Positions 36,301 to 49,677 are shown, counted from the stretch's first letter. The stretch is 64,000 nucleotides of DNA from Thecamonas trahens ATCC 50062 (GCF_000142905.1 NW_013657622.1:1-64000); one strand, 5' to 3'. Notes: generated by a model from the letters alone, not told the origin. Numbers and translations: made by a program.

Positions 36301-39300
36301 CTCGGCGAGCGCGGTCCGGTCGAGCACCTTAATCGCTCCGCTGTCGGCAATGTTGGCGAGCGAGACGCCGTTCGACCACTCGGAGGTGTGGACCTTGATC
36401 GTCGCCTTGGACCGTGAGAGCTTTCGCTTCTCTGCGTACGAGAACAGGTACGGCGCCGCCACGGCAGAACCGTGGCCCTCGCCAGCATGAGTCCCCATCG
36501 TCGCGTGCGGTGCGTACTTGAGCGGAAGCCCGGTCCGGTTGACCATCCAGAACCGCGAGTAAATCTCAAGCGAGCCCACGCCCGAGCCGGACGTCGAGCC
36601 AAAGGCGTAGAGGTTGAGCGGGCCGGTTCCTTGCCCGGCTTCGCCCGGCAGCTCCAGCACCGCGCCAAGCTCGCCCATCTCGGTGGCCAGCGACGCCTCA
36701 CTCCGTTCGCTGCTGCCGTAGCCCGGCACAGCCACCGCAAGATCCATCTCACCATCGGGCCGTGCCCCGTACACAGGGACTCGTCCGCCCGGAATGACGT
36801 TGCTCGCAAGCACTTCTTCGCCATCGCACCACACAGTGACGTGTGCAGAGTACGGAAGTAGATTTGTGACGTAGACTGGCGAAAGAAGCCGGACACGGAC
36901 CGCTGGTAGCGGATGAATCGCCACAGACCCGTTGTGGTCGCGCACAGCCTCGATGTCCTTGGCCAGCACCGCATACGCATGTCCGATCCGCGACAGTGCC
37001 TCCAGCCGGTCGCGCGGATCGTCGCGCACCGTCCGCTTCCAGTCGTCGCCAGCCTCGGACGGGACGACGCCGTGGGTCGCGTCGCGGACGTCAACCTCGT
37101 TGAGCGTCGCGTCGTCAGGGAACGCGTACAGCAGCGCGTTGCGATCGGACGCATGGTCCACCTGCAACCGCCGGTCGCCGCTCTTGCGCCCGGCGGCAAA
37201 GCTCAGCAGTAGCGAGTCGGTTCCACGCAGCCGCTGTCCGCGCCCCTCGCGTGCCAACCCTGCCAATGTCGCCGTGTCCTCGTTGGCCATTTCGGTAGCG
37301 TTGCGGTCGCCAGTCTCGGCCTTGGCCTTGGCCTTAGCCTTGGCCATCTTCCGCTTCGACTTGCTCTGGCCTCGCCGCAGAGGCAGGACGCCGCTTGTAG
37401 CACTCGCGGACGCCGCCCCAAACGCCACTCCCACTCCGGCGGACCACTGGAAGCCAATGCCGTCGATGGCAAGCGCCTGGCCGACCGGCCGGGTCTCAAA
37501 CGCCCACGCCGGCGTCGGAACTAGCCACAGCGGCAGCGCTGTCCACCCGTTCGGCTGCACCGCTTCGGACGCAAAGGCAACGGCGCCGTTGTTCAGCCCG
37601 CGGAACTGGATCGGGAGCTCGGTCTCGTTGACAACCAGGAACCGCGAGGAGAGGACCAGTAGGTGCGAGCCGTCACCCATCGACTTGAGCTGTCCGCGGA
37701 GCGCAACCTCGTGCTCACGCCCGTCATGCTCCAGCACAGCGTCCAGGATCCATGTCCCGGCCGAGTCCAGCGAGATTGGGCTGAGCTTCGGCGCGCTCGG
37801 CGAGCCGAGCGCAACAACTAGCGTGTGCGTCTCATCAACCGACCGCTTGAGGTACCGCGGGTCGCGAGTCTGTGGGAACTCGAGCGACGCGAGCTTGCCG
37901 GCCTCCAGCACCATCGGCTCGCCTTCGACAACAGTCTCGCCGGCAGACGTCGGCCAGCAGGTGACCGCCACGTCGGTGGCGTTGAGGATCCGGAACGGCG
38001 CCCAGTCCGGGTCGCTTGCCACTTGCTTCTCCGGCTCGGAGAGCGCAGCCATGACACCTTGCAGCCGCTCCACGTTGGCCAGCAGCTCAAGCGTGACGTT
38101 GAGGTTGAGGACAGAGGTCGGCTTGCGCGACGTCGAGAGCTGCTCACGCATGACAGACTCTTCCTGCGCCACGTCGTTGTCGAGCACAATCGAGCCGAGC
38201 ACCAGCCCCTCGCTCAGCAACACGCCCTCGGCCTCGTCGTCGGCAGACTCGGACTCGAGCCGCAGCGAGTCGGATGAGACAGAGACAGAGCCCATCGACG
38301 AGGTCGAGCATGTATACACCGAGAGCTCGTCCTCTTCCACCACTGCTCCAGGCGCCGCATGGCCCTCGTACTGCTCCGACAGCGAGTAGCTCGCTGACGA
38401 CGACAAGAGCTCCACAATCCGTGGCGTTGCGTGCGCATGCTGTTCCGAGCACGACGAAGACCAGCCAGACGACGCAACCGCGGGTCGCGCGGGCGGTGTC
38501 GCGGGGGTGACACTTCCAACCGGCCCATCCACCGTCCGACGCCGCTTGCGCCGGCGGCGCACCTTGCGCCTCGAGCCTCGTTCTGGCGCCAGGCTGACAG
38601 CCGAGCCGCCAGCCGAAGCGAGCGACGATCGCGACGGCGACTTGAACGTCTCGCCCGAGGCGGCTTTGTGCATTCGGCGCCGGTGGCGGTGGCGCCGGTG
38701 GTGCGGCCTCGTAGATGCGGGGTGTGACGGAGTAGCTGGATCATCACCATCGGGCTCGTGCCGCGGCACCACCTCGCCAGCAAACGGGTGGGTGTCGTGG
38801 ATAGCCATGGGTTGGCCAAAGAGTGGCGGCTGAACCATCCGGCGCTGGCCGGAAGGCACCACGGTCTCCACCCGTGACTTGCGCTTCGAGCGGCGTGCGC
38901 GGGCCTGTGCGTTGGCCTTTTTGGCCGCCTTGTGGCGGCGAGCACGGTCCTTGCGCCGGCGGATGGCCTCGGCGTGGCGGGCGGCGCGCTCGCGGACACG
39001 CCTCTCGCGAGCCTCGCGGGCCTCGCGCTCGCGCCGATCGGCAGGTGTCTCTGTCGAGACGTCGTAAGCGGCAAAGCCTGCGCACTTGTTCTCAAACGCG
39101 TTAAACTCGTAGCCGATCGAGGCGTAGGCCGGCTCGAGGAGCGGCTCCCACGCCGCAAGCTTGTGGTTGTAGTTGCCGAGTGAGAGGTGGACGGCAACCT
39201 TGGCCGAGGCCCGGGTGGCAAACACGTCCGAGTACCGGACCGAGGCCGAGTCGAGCCGTAGCTCAAGCAGCGGGACCGCGCCGCGCTTGGCAACGTCAAA

Positions 39301-42300
39301 GAGAGTGGCCCGGAGGTCAATTAGGTCAACGAGGTAGTAGGAAATGTGCCTTGTCTCGCTCTCCTTGAGCTTGGCATACTTGGCGTCGCCTTCATCGACC
39401 TCGGCTTCGGTCTCGGACGTTCGCACTGAGTCTGGCGGCCCGCGCGGCGAGCCAATCGGCAGCGAGTCCGACTGCGCTGCGCTTGGCCCTGACGCAGCCG
39501 CGCCGTCGTCCCCGGCGTCAGCCAGCGACGCGCCAGGCTCGACGAGCGCGCTCCGCGCAAAGTTCTCGAGGTCCGAGGTTGACGACGACGATGATGACGA
39601 CGCCGACGAGAAGGACGATGAGGCCGAGAACGTCTCGGGATCGGTGACGGTGACGGTCGGCACTGGCGCGGCACGCGAGGCCTGAACCAACGTCAGGTCA
39701 CGTTCCTTGTCGCCGGCCTTGAGCGCGGCGACGGCGGCCGGTGCCGCAGTGGCCAGCGCCTCGTCAGCGCTCGACGGCGCCGGCTGCTGCGGACCGCTCA
39801 AGCCGGCGACAATGCCCTGGACAAGGACAATGTCTGGATAGGCGAGGCGGAGCGCCGGCCGGTCGAGCGAGACGGCGACCCGGGAGTCGGTGATGGGCAG
39901 GTGAGTCGGTGAGGCCGAGTACTTGACAAGCAGGTCGGTGGGGAGGAAGATGGCAACGGCATGCTGGGTCGGGCCCGACATGCGGGTGACAAAGGCCTCC
40001 AGGCCCGAGAGGGTGACGGCGACAGCGGTGGCCCATGCCCGGTCGACGGTGTACGACAGGTGCGTGTTGGCGAGGAGAAGGCCAAGCGCTGGTGACGCAG
40101 CGTCGGTTTCATGGCGAACAAGGTAGATGTTGAGATCGGAGAGAATGGCGGCAACCGTAAAGGACGGCGACTTGCGGATGGCGTCGTTGGTGGTGGGCGG
40201 CGGGATGGCCGGCGGCGGCGGCGGAGGGGACTCGCCGTATGGCACGTCGGGCGCCGAGGCCCAAGCGCCGACAAAGGTGAGGGCGGCGACGGCGGCCGGG
40301 GTGATGTGCATGTCCGTGGCGTCGAGGGTGACGGTGGCGTGGGCGTCCCACGAGACGTCGACGAGGTAGTCGATGTCGAGGTGCCAGCGGCTTGGGTCGT
40401 CGATGACAGCTGCAGCCGGGCTGAGGATGGAGGAGAACTGCGAGAGGTCGGGGCTGGCTCTCCGGTTGACCCCATGGTTGACCAGGTCGAGGCGGCGGGC
40501 TGTGATCTTGTACGCCGTGTTGTACTCGTTGGTCACGGCCATGGCGAGGTTAAAGGACGAGAGGGCGAGGCCGACGTTGCCGGCGTCGGCGCCGGTCTTG
40601 CCGTCAAAGCCGTAGCCCGGAAGGAGGCGGAGGGCAAAGTTGTCCGAGACGACCGAGATCACGGTCGTGGTCCACTCGTCGTCGTCGACGGGCGACCAGT
40701 CGACCCGCGGCTCGACACGCCCAGTCCTTGTCTCACCGCCAAACTGGGCGAGGATGGTGGTGACCATGGCGTAGTAGGCCTGCGGGAGGACGAGCTCGAG
40801 CGAGGGTAGGACAACGCCCATCCGCATGTACGGCTCGTAGTGGCACTGAAAGTGGTTGATCATGTCGAGATTGATGTGGAGGGCAAAGGCTTCGGCCGGC
40901 ACGTACCGCTGCTCAGAGTCGCGGAAGGTAAAGGTGGTGGCTGGCAGATCGATGTCATAGTGGGTGGCAAGCGCGCCGGGTGGCGGGGCAGCGACAACCG
41001 AAAAGTCAGTCGAGTAGAGGTCGATGGCCCGCGACGAGTTGTCGTCGGCGTGGAGCTCGAGCTTGAGTGAGAGGGCGCGGACCGCCATGTAGCCCTTGTT
41101 GGCAAAGCCTGCCCGGGCGTCAGCGGCGAGGATCGGCTCCATCTCCTCGCGGGAGGCCGCGTACGGCGCCACATACTCTTCTTCAAAGGCGATGGCCGAG
41201 AGGCAGAACATGAGCTCGCGGTACTTTGTGCCCGGCAAGTGGCCGACGACGTGCGGGAGCGCAACGTCGAGTCGCGAGCCGTACCGCATGGTCAGCTGTG
41301 GGAGCAGGAGCGAGGCCGAGGTGACTGAGAGCTCAAACGGATCGATGATGCGGAAGGCCGAGGTCGCGGTCTCCGCGTCTTTGGACGCGTAGTCGATGAG
41401 GTAGACAGAAAGCGAGGCAATGCGAATGTCTGTCGGTGAGTACACGACGCTGTCCGGGAGCTCGGCGAGTGAGGCCGGTGGCTCCAGGTGTGGCAGTCCG
41501 CGGTGGATGGCGATGTTGAGGCTCTCGATGTCAAAGACCATGCGGAGACCGTGCTTGACCGTGGCGACATGCGGGAGAATGACCGAGATGCCGTCGAGGG
41601 TGACGTCGACATCGAGGTCGGTCATCTCGTTGAGCGCGTCGACAGCCAGCTGGGGAGTGAGCGGCAGCTCGCGAGCAAAGCCCGGTGGGAGGAGCGATGA
41701 TGGAAGAGTCTCGTCCGGCCCAGCTGTGGCCTTGAGAACTGCCGAGACCTTGTCGAGGAGCACCTTGTTGTAGACAAACGAGAGCGGGCGGAGCGCGCCA
41801 GAGATGGATGTTCCTGCCCGAGCGTCGTCGACGGCTGGGCGTGAGACGATGGTGAGCGCAAGGACCGGGGCGACGGTGGAGGAGCGCGCGGCGGCAGCGA
41901 GGGCGGCGGCGGCAGGTGCGCGCTCGACGGCGTACGAGGCAACCACGCCTAGCGACGATGCGTGGGCCATGCCTGCTGTTGCTGTGGCTTGCTCCTCGGG
42001 TGTGAGCGGGTGTGCGCCCGGAACAAGGGCCGGCTCCGAAAGGTTAGTGTCGCGCCGGCGAGGCGCAGAAGGCGTTGCGTCGGCAACATCGTCCGGCGTG
42101 CGGAGGTCAAAGGCCTCGGCCAGCAGCTGGGCGTGGGTCATGTGCTTGGGCATGTGCGACTCGGTGAGAATGTTGACGTACGAGCCAGTTGGGTCGTACA
42201 AATCGCGGAGGTGGAGTGAGCCAAGACGGACCGCGGTCTTGGTCGGGGCATAGCCGACCGAGAGACTCGAGAGGGTGAGGAGGACAAGGTCGGACATGTG

Positions 42301-43785
42301 CAGCTGCGAGCGGATGCGAAGGGTGAGGCAGCTGACGGTGACAGTTGCAAGCTCGGAAGCTGGAGGCAGCGGCGGCGATGGCGGGCTGGGCGAGGTCGGC
42401 TTGCCGAGCACGAGGTAGAGGAGGCCGACGACAACGGTCTGCACCATCCGGGAGAGCGCCGACGGCGGCGACGGCGGAGGCGGTGGCGGAGGCGGTGGAG
42501 CGGCGGCGGCGACGATGCGGGCGAGCGACGTGATGCGGGCGGCGAGTGAAGGAGTCGGCATGCCGGACTTGGAGAGATACCGCCTGCCGTACGGGGTGGC
42601 TACCAGCGATGCGAGCGCCGGCGAGTAGCCGTCGGCAGTAGAGTCGGTGGCCAAGACGAAGTCAGGCGGTGGGCCGTCGCCGCGGCAGTAGGCCCGGGTT
42701 CGGGCCTCGTAGATGGCACCTGCGGTGGCCGAGAGCTTGCGCAGCTCGTCGAGCTCGCCGGCGACCGCGAGAGCGGCGGCAGTGGCCGCGAGCGGCGGCT
42801 GTTCGCCGAGCATTTGCGTCCGTGCCGCGCGGATGTCGGAGAGAACGGCCATGGCGGCGTAGCGGAACCACTCAAGAGGCTGCTGTGACGGCGGGCTGGA
42901 AGGTCGGAAGGCGCGCCAGCGGATGAGAGCGGCGCGGCGGGAAAAGAGGTTGCTGAGCGAGCCGAGAGCGGCGACCTGGGCCGATGATATGGTGATCGGC
43001 ACGGCTGGAACGCTCACCGAGACGGTGGGACGGTGAGCACCAGCCGGGCCAGGCACTGTGACGCAAATTGAAGCGTCGATGTTGTACACGATGGGCTGGG
43101 AGGAGATCTCAGCTGCGTCGTCGTCTGCGGCAGCAGCAAAGAAAGCCACGGCATCCTTGAGCTTTGCATTTGCGATGCGAGTCTTGGGCTCAGGCTCAAG
43201 ATACAGAGTGAGCGCACGAAGAACAACCAACTTTGTCAGCGGAGAGAGCTGAGAAAGAACAGCAGCCTTGAGGGCCAACTCCTCCAGCTCGAGACCCATG
43301 ACGGTCTTGTCCGTCTCGAGGCGAAGATGAACGTTGCCAACGGAGAGACGTGCATGCAGGAGGAGAGACATAGCCAGAGAGGTAAAGTAGGTAGAGATCG
43401 GAGACGATGGCGATGTGGTAGAGGAGGTAGTCGTGGCGGTGGTGGCGGTGGCGGCGGTGGCGGCGGCGGTGGCTGCGGTGGCTGCGGTGGTGGGCGGAGG
43501 TGCCTCTGCGAGGACGAGATGCAAGCCCCAAAGAGAAAGGGAGCAGTTTGCGGAAGCAATGTTCCACCAAGGGAAGGAGAGTTCCAAAGAATGAATATGA
43601 CCATGATGTATGGTCATGGGTAGAGATGAAGGAAGTAGTCCATGGCCGTTGCCTGGTTGGAGGACAAGGTCGGTGATGGCCACCCGGCCATGCCAGAGAG
43701 AGACTTGTACTCTGCCTACAGAAGCAATAATGGATGAGAGTACATGCGTAAGCACCCAATGCAGACATGCTGACAGTACTTCCAT
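33377..43785 (-). CDS. VPS13: VPS13 family lipid-transfer protein; one -1 break at ~35826
   Basis: N-terminal chorein domain (VSLWHGRVAITDL..GHIHSLELSFPWWN), YNHKLAAWEPLLEP, VAB/SHR-BD repeats (FWMVNRTGLPL, PRYVLVNRL) and a C-terminal VLKIVGSLDMLGNP..GAKRGGVKGFVKGMGRG..RLRPPR. Confidence 0.93.
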
Positions 43786-45066
43786 CCTTCGAACCACCTT
43801 GGCCCGTGTGGCGTCGTGTGTGAGTAATGATAGCCCCCCCGGGTCGTCCGCCTAGAGGACGTTGGGGGTGGGGGGAGGGGAGGAGAGGGGATCGTGATCG
43901 TGATCGATCGCAATGTTTTTGTTGCGCGCGCGCACGTGGGGGAGGATATTTTTGTAGAGGTGATGGGGGGGGGGGCAGGGGGGGAGGGGGGGGATGGCGG
44001 AGGAGAGGGGAGGGAGGAGGAGGATGGGGGGGGGGGGGTGAGGACCGGGAGGGAAGGGGGGGAGGAAGAGAGAGAGAGGGGGGAGGGTGAGGGGATGAGA
44101 TCGATAGGAGTGTGGGTTGGGGTTGAGAGAGCAGAGGCATATCGGCAAGGAGGGTCGAGGTTGTGAGGTGTATCCATGACAGAAGAGAGTGTGGATGGTT
44201 GGCGGGGGCTCGGCATAGGTAAGATGAGCAGGACTATGAAAGGCATGGTGCGATGGTCCGGCCAAGGTGTGGTAAGGTGCAAACTGTGGGTCGCCCCAAC
44301 AACTCGCGCCAAACGAGTTTGGCGCGAGCAAAGCGCCGCAGAAGAGGCGTCAAGGTGAGCCAGAAAGTGGACAGCTCGACAGCGTACAAGTAAAAGCAGC
44401 GTAGATTGTGGCGCAAAGGAGAGGCTCTTTATCCCGGCCAACGTTGAGCTGCATCACTTACCGCTCACCCCCATCGCCACCCGCCAACCCAAAAAAAACG
44501 AATACCGGCCGCAGACAAAAACGCCTGGCCTGACCCGGCCAAACTCCGCAGATCCGGGTGGTGGAGAGGCCACGGCAGCAGACAAGTAAAACAGTCACAC
44601 AGAATGCACATAGTATGTTTGACAATGGGAAGGAGAAGCACATCGTCCCGTCCAGTGCTGAGCTGAGCTACCCACCCGCAGGCTCTCCCCTGGTTGCCAA
44701 CACACCAAAAAAAAAACGCAATCCATCCGTTGCCCCCCGCCCCCCCCCCTCCTCACCAAAACCAGCCAAACTCCACAGAACCGAGTGGCAAACAGCGTCA
44801 GGCGGGACAGGGCCAGTCGAGCACGTTGCAACACCTCACACACCCACGAGGAGAGAACACACAGGGAAAGTACACACCACGTAGAACGCTGTACTACCTC
44901 TCACCCGTTCGCATACTAGTCGTTGTAGTTGTCATTGTCTGCGTCTCTCTGTCTGCAATCCCTTCTCCTCCCTCCCCCCCCCTCCCTACCTCCCCCGTCC
45001 CTAGACTCTGTCGCTTGTTCATTGCGGCTGTCAGTCACTCTCCCTCGGCAAAGCCATCGCTCTCGC

Positions 45067-45100
<34 letters not shown>

Positions 45101-45549
45101 AATTGCTCTCTCAATCTCTGTCATTCTCTGTCATTTTGTGTGATTAATCGTATATTACTTCATTGTCATCATCGTTGTCTCTCTGATCTTCTTCTCTCAA
45201 ACTGGTTCTGCTCGTTGCTCCTTCTTCTGTTCTGTGGTGCTCTTTGGTCTGCTTGCTCACCTCGGGACGCAACTTGCTCTGTCTCTGGTATTGTGATAAT
45301 TTGTTGAGTGTAATTGTCAAGTGACCGCTCAACTGGTACTCATTGATTGATCGTATTGTTGTACCTAGATTAATCGTACCGTACCACCGAACAATCGTAT
45401 CGTATCGTACCATCGAGCAATCGTACTGCACCACCAAACAACGCGCCCGAACAATCGTACATATAGTTTGTTCGCATCGTCGTTCATACTCTTCATTTTG
45501 TGCTGTAAGGCGCAGCGGTTGATCGAGACGAACTCTTCGGCCATTCATC

Positions 45550-47732
45550 ATGTCGTCAAGTGGAGCCAAGATAACGGTGGCACTGCGGATGCGGCCGTTC
45601 TCGTCGCGTGAGGCAGACGAGGGCGCCGAGCAGGTGGTCCACATGACTGGCGCACCAAGCGTCAACTCGCCACAGCACACAACATGCACGCTGACGGATC
45701 CCGATTCGGGCGATATTCGCAAGTATGTGTTTGATGCGTGTTTTGACTCAACCAACCCGGCTGGGAGCCATAATGCCGGGCAGCAGGATGTGTATGTCGT
45801 GCTGGGTGCGCCGCTGGTACTTGCGGCGCTGTCGGGCGTCAACGGGTGCCTGTTTGCGTACGGACAGACCGGCGCCGGCAAGACGTACTCGATGATGGGC
45901 GTCGAGTCTGCACCCGGTGTGGTGCCGCTGCTGCTCGACGCGCTGTTTGCAGCGCTGGACCGCAACGCCAATCCCGTTGTTGTCGCCTCGTACTTGGAAA
46001 TCTACAACGAGGAGCTGATGGATCTGCTGCAGCCGCGGTCGGGTGGGCCGCTTGCGGTGCGCGAGCATCCTGCGCGCGGGGTGTTTGTGCAGGGCCTGGC
46101 GCGAGTCGGGGTGACGAGCGCGGCTGACGCGGGCCGGCTGCTGAGCGAGGGCTCCAAGATGCGATCGGTGGCTGCAACGGCGATGAACGCGTCGTCGTCG
46201 CGGTCGCACGCGGTGTTTATGCTCGACGTCTCTGTCGATCACCCGGCGTCGGGCCAGCGGGTCAACGCCAAGCTAAATCTCGTCGATCTGGCCGGCTCGG
46301 AGCGACAAGCCAAGACCGGGACCACGGGCGCGCGGTTCAAGGAAGCGGTCGCCATCAACTCGTCGCTCTCTGCGCTGGGCAACGTTATTTCGGCCCTCTC
46401 CAAGGCAGCGGCCAAGGGCAGCAAGCCGAAGCACGTGGCATACCGCAACTCGGTCCTCACCCGCCTCTTGCAGCAGTCGCTGGGCGGCAATTCGCGGACG
46501 GCCATGCTTGCCGCCGTCTCGCCGGCCCACACCAACTTTGAGGAGACGCTCTCGACCATGCGGTTCGCCAAGCGCGTCCGCGCCATCTCCACCAAGCCAG
46601 TGGTCAACGCCGTCGACACTGGAGCCACGGTTGCGGAGCTGCAGGCCGAGATTGCTCGGTTGAAGGCGTTGCTGGCCGGCGGCGGCGGCGATGGTGGCGG
46701 CGGCAACGACGACAGTGGCGGCGGCGACGACGACGCAGCGGCGCAGCTGGCGGCCGCTGAATCCATCATTGCCGAGCTGACTGCGGACGTGGCGACCCGC
46801 GAGGCGCAAGCAGCGGCACTGGCGGCGGAGCGCAAGGCCGTCCTCGACGACGCCGGCATCTCTGTGGTCGAGCTCGGCCAGCTGAGCGGCGCCGGCAACG
46901 CGTCGATGCTAGTCAACATGGCGGCCGACGCGGCCGACTCGGCCAATCTGGTGTGGGTCCTGGACCCTGCGCGCGGGCCCGAGTTTACGCTCGGGCACGC
47001 GCACGGGTGCTCGCTGGTGGTGCATGGGCCGGCGATGCAGGCAGCACATGCGCGGCTGGTGGTGAGCGGCGAGGGCGTGACGCTCGAGCCGCTGCACGCC
47101 TCAGCGCGGACATTTGTCAACGGCCTGGCCGTGCCGCCGAACGAGCCGCGTGTGCTCGAGCATGGGGCGCGGATATTCCTCGGAACCAACACGCTGCTGC
47201 GGTTTGTGGACGGCGAAGCTGGACCAGCCTCGCTCCCGCCGCTAGACTGGAAGGTGGCGCTGGAGGAGGTGGCGATGGCATCGGGCCTTGCTGTCCCTCG
47301 CGCGTCGGCCGGCTCAAAATGCCCGCCGCTCACCGCAGTCGGCAAGGTGGCGCTTGTTGTCGAGCTCCACGCGGTCCGCGGCCTGCCGAAAGCCGACGTC
47401 GTGAGCCGGTCGGCCGACCCGTATGCGGTGCTTACGCTCGAGCCGGGCGGCCTCCGGTCGCAGACCGAGACGCTTGTGCGGACGCGCGATCCCGAGTTCA
47501 ACCACTCGGTCTGCTGGCCGGGCCCATTTGTCGATGGCGAGACTGTGCTACGTGTGGTGGTGTGGGACGCCGACAAGCTCTCGACCGATGACTACCTCGG
47601 AGAGGTCGAAGTCCGACTGGCAGACCACCCGCTTCTCTTCTCCGAGCCGCTCGGCCTCTCCCGCCTCTCCCTCCCTTGCTTGGCTGCGACGATGCCGAGC
47701 CCAAAGCCATTCTCTCGCTTCGGTTCCTGTAA
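45550..47732 (+). CDS. Kinesin-3-like motor with FHA and C-terminal C2 domain; true stop TAA 47730-32 after a -1 break at 47673-75
   Basis: GQTGAGKT, SSRSH, LVDLAGSE and HVAYRNSVLTRLL. FHA-like region (FVNG..LEHGARIFLG). C2 domain (ADPYAVL..DPEFN..VWDADKLSTDDYLG). The repaired frame ends LLGCDDAEPKAILSLRFL*. Confidence 0.88.
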
Positions 47733-47973
47733 AAATATGCCTCCCGTCAACCCGATCACGCCTACCGAGGGCTTCCCTCCCCCGATCACCTCAACCCTCC
47801 CCGTCCCTCCCAAACGCAGGCGGTCCGGACAGATATCCCCTCAGCTCGCGGTCAGCCGACCAATCCGTCCAACCAGACGAGCGGAGGTTGCCCCCCCCCC
47901 CTTCCTCCTCACCGCCCCCCCCCTCCCCCTCCCCATACACACGCCACACCCGACGCCCGACCGCGACAATAGT

Positions 47974-48912
47974 ATGACGTCCCTGTATGTAGGAGGCGAA
48001 CCCATTGCCCTTGGCGTACCTTCTGTACTGGTGTCGTCGCCTCATGTGGCCCTCCCTGCGTGTGTTGCGCTCTGGCTGGTCGTCCATATGGTCATTTCGT
48101 CGCTCTTGCCGGAGATGAAGCGAGAGAGTGATCGATTTGTGTGGGCAAATCGAATTACCAGTTTAATTCATGGATTGGCATCAGCCTCACTTGCTGTTCC
48201 CTTTACCCTCTCTCTCGAAGCCTTTCCTACGCCTGTAGGCAAGGACAATACTGACTTTGCTACTCTTATCCTACAAATCTCATTTGGTTACTTTGTCATG
48301 GATCTGGGTATGGGCACTCTGGCTTCGGTCGCTGATGTCGCTGTCTGTCTTCATCATGTCATGTGCATGTTGGGTATGGGCTATACTCTCTACACTGGTC
48401 GATCCGGTGCAGAGCTGGTCACTGCCATTGCTCTGGGTGAGCTCACCATTCCGCCCTTTATCATTCGTTGGATGTTGAGACATGCTCATCTGGGTCACTC
48501 GCTCTTCAAGCTCTACGTGGCAAACGACATTGTCTTCTTCCTCTCTTTCTTCATCAACCGCATCTGCCTTGGCCTGCCCTTTACCCTCTACATCATCGCC
48601 TCGCCTGATGGTGACGTCGTCATCAAGTCGTGTGCCGCCATCATCGCCATCATCTCCCTCCTCTGGTTCTCCATCATCACAAGCCGCACCGGCCGCAACA
48701 TCTCCTCCTACCTTGTCGACGGCTACTGGGACGTCGGCCGCTCGCCAGACTCGCCTCATCCCTCCTCTCCGCTCCCACTCCCGCCCAACCCCATCGTCCG
48801 CCCTTCGTCCTCGCTCGCATCCTCGGCCGACTCGCCCTCCAGTGGCTGCTCCTCCTCCGCACCGTCGCCCTCCTCGACCGCCTCGCTCCTCTCCCGTCGC
48901 TTCCGCACATAG
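47974..48912 (+). CDS. TLC (TRAM/LAG1/CLN8) domain membrane protein, TLCD/TMEM136-like
   Basis: NRITSLIHG, ISFGYFVMDL, CLHHV, GELTIP..IRW and FFLSFFINRI; multiple TM helices. Confidence 0.87.
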   Translation: MTSLYVGGEPIALGVPSVLVSSPHVALPACVALWLVVHMVISSLLPEMKRESDRFVWANRITSLIHGLASASLAVPFTLSLEAFPTPVGKDNTDFATLILQISFGYFVMDLGMGTLASVADVAVCLHHVMCMLGMGYTLYTGRSGAELVTAIALGELTIPPFIIRWMLRHAHLGHSLFKLYVANDIVFFLSFFINRICLGLPFTLYIIASPDGDVVIKSCAAIIAIISLLWFSIITSRTGRNISSYLVDGYWDVGRSPDSPHPSSPLPLPPNPIVRPSSSLASSADSPSSGCSSSAPSPSSTASLLSRRFRT

Positions 48913-49194
48913 AGCCGTGTGTACGGTCAAGTTGATGCCAGTCCACGCCGTGTCCGGGCTGCTGCGCGGCGCTTGCTACCTCTGCCATCGAGATGAGCCT
49001 TTTCCCGTCTCACCTCTGCGCGTCCCGCTGCGCATCACCAGGTTTTGGGGGGTCCGTATGGCGTTTGCTTTGGCACACCGCGTATTCTCCGATCGACGAC
49101 GAGCTTCTCTTGCCAGCGTAGCCGACCCAATATATAATGTTCGAGCCAACAGCCCGCCCGTCGTCCGCCAGCTCGCCGCCCATTCGCCCACTCG

Positions 49195-49608
49195 CTCGCC
49201 CCACGATTATGTCTCGTTCCATTAATCGTACCCCTGCCCACCCGCCCACCTCCTCGCCCCACGATTATGTCTCGTTCCATTAATCGTACCCCTGCCCACT
49301 CGCCCACCTCCTCGCCCCACGATTATGTCTCGTTCCATTAATCGTACCCCTGCCCACTCGCCCACCTCCTCGCCCCACGATTATGTCTCGTTCCATTAAT
49401 CGTACCCCTGCCCACCCGCCCACCTCCTCGCCCCACGATTATGTCTCGTTCCATTAATCTTACCCCTGCCCACTCGCCCACCTCCTCGCCCCACGATTAT
49501 GTCTCGTTCCATTAATCGTACCCCTGCCCACTCGCCCACCTCCTCGCCCCACGATTATGTCTCGTTCCATTAATCGTACCCCTGCCCACTCGCCCACCTC
49601 CTCGCCCA
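49195..49608. repeat. 58-bp minisatellite x7, each unit with an internal hairpin
   Basis: ACGATTATGTCTCGTTCCATTAATCGT starts at 49203, 49261, 49319, 49377, 49435, 49493 and 49551. ACGATTA/TAATCGT form an inverted repeat. Confidence 0.97.
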
Positions 49609-49677
49609 CCACACTCACGCAACACAGCCACCAAACTACACAACACCGCACTCGCCCCCTCCTTCACCACCACCACT

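Noticed and set aside
36932-47576. Long antisense ORFs overlapping real genes (e.g. 36932..38389, 46239..47576)
   Set aside because: These are the expected shadow ORFs of high-GC coding sequence.
45550-48912. Apparent 1120-aa kinesin-TLC fusion ORF
   Set aside because: Adding one C at 47673-75 completes the C2 domain and stops at TAA 47730-32. The bridge is low-complexity, intergenic-like sequence, and the TLC gene has its own ATG (47974). The read-through is most likely an artefact.
49195-49608. CRISPR-like array (27-nt palindromic repeat + 31-nt spacer)
   Set aside because: The spacers are essentially identical, there are no cas genes, and the context is eukaryotic. It is a minisatellite.
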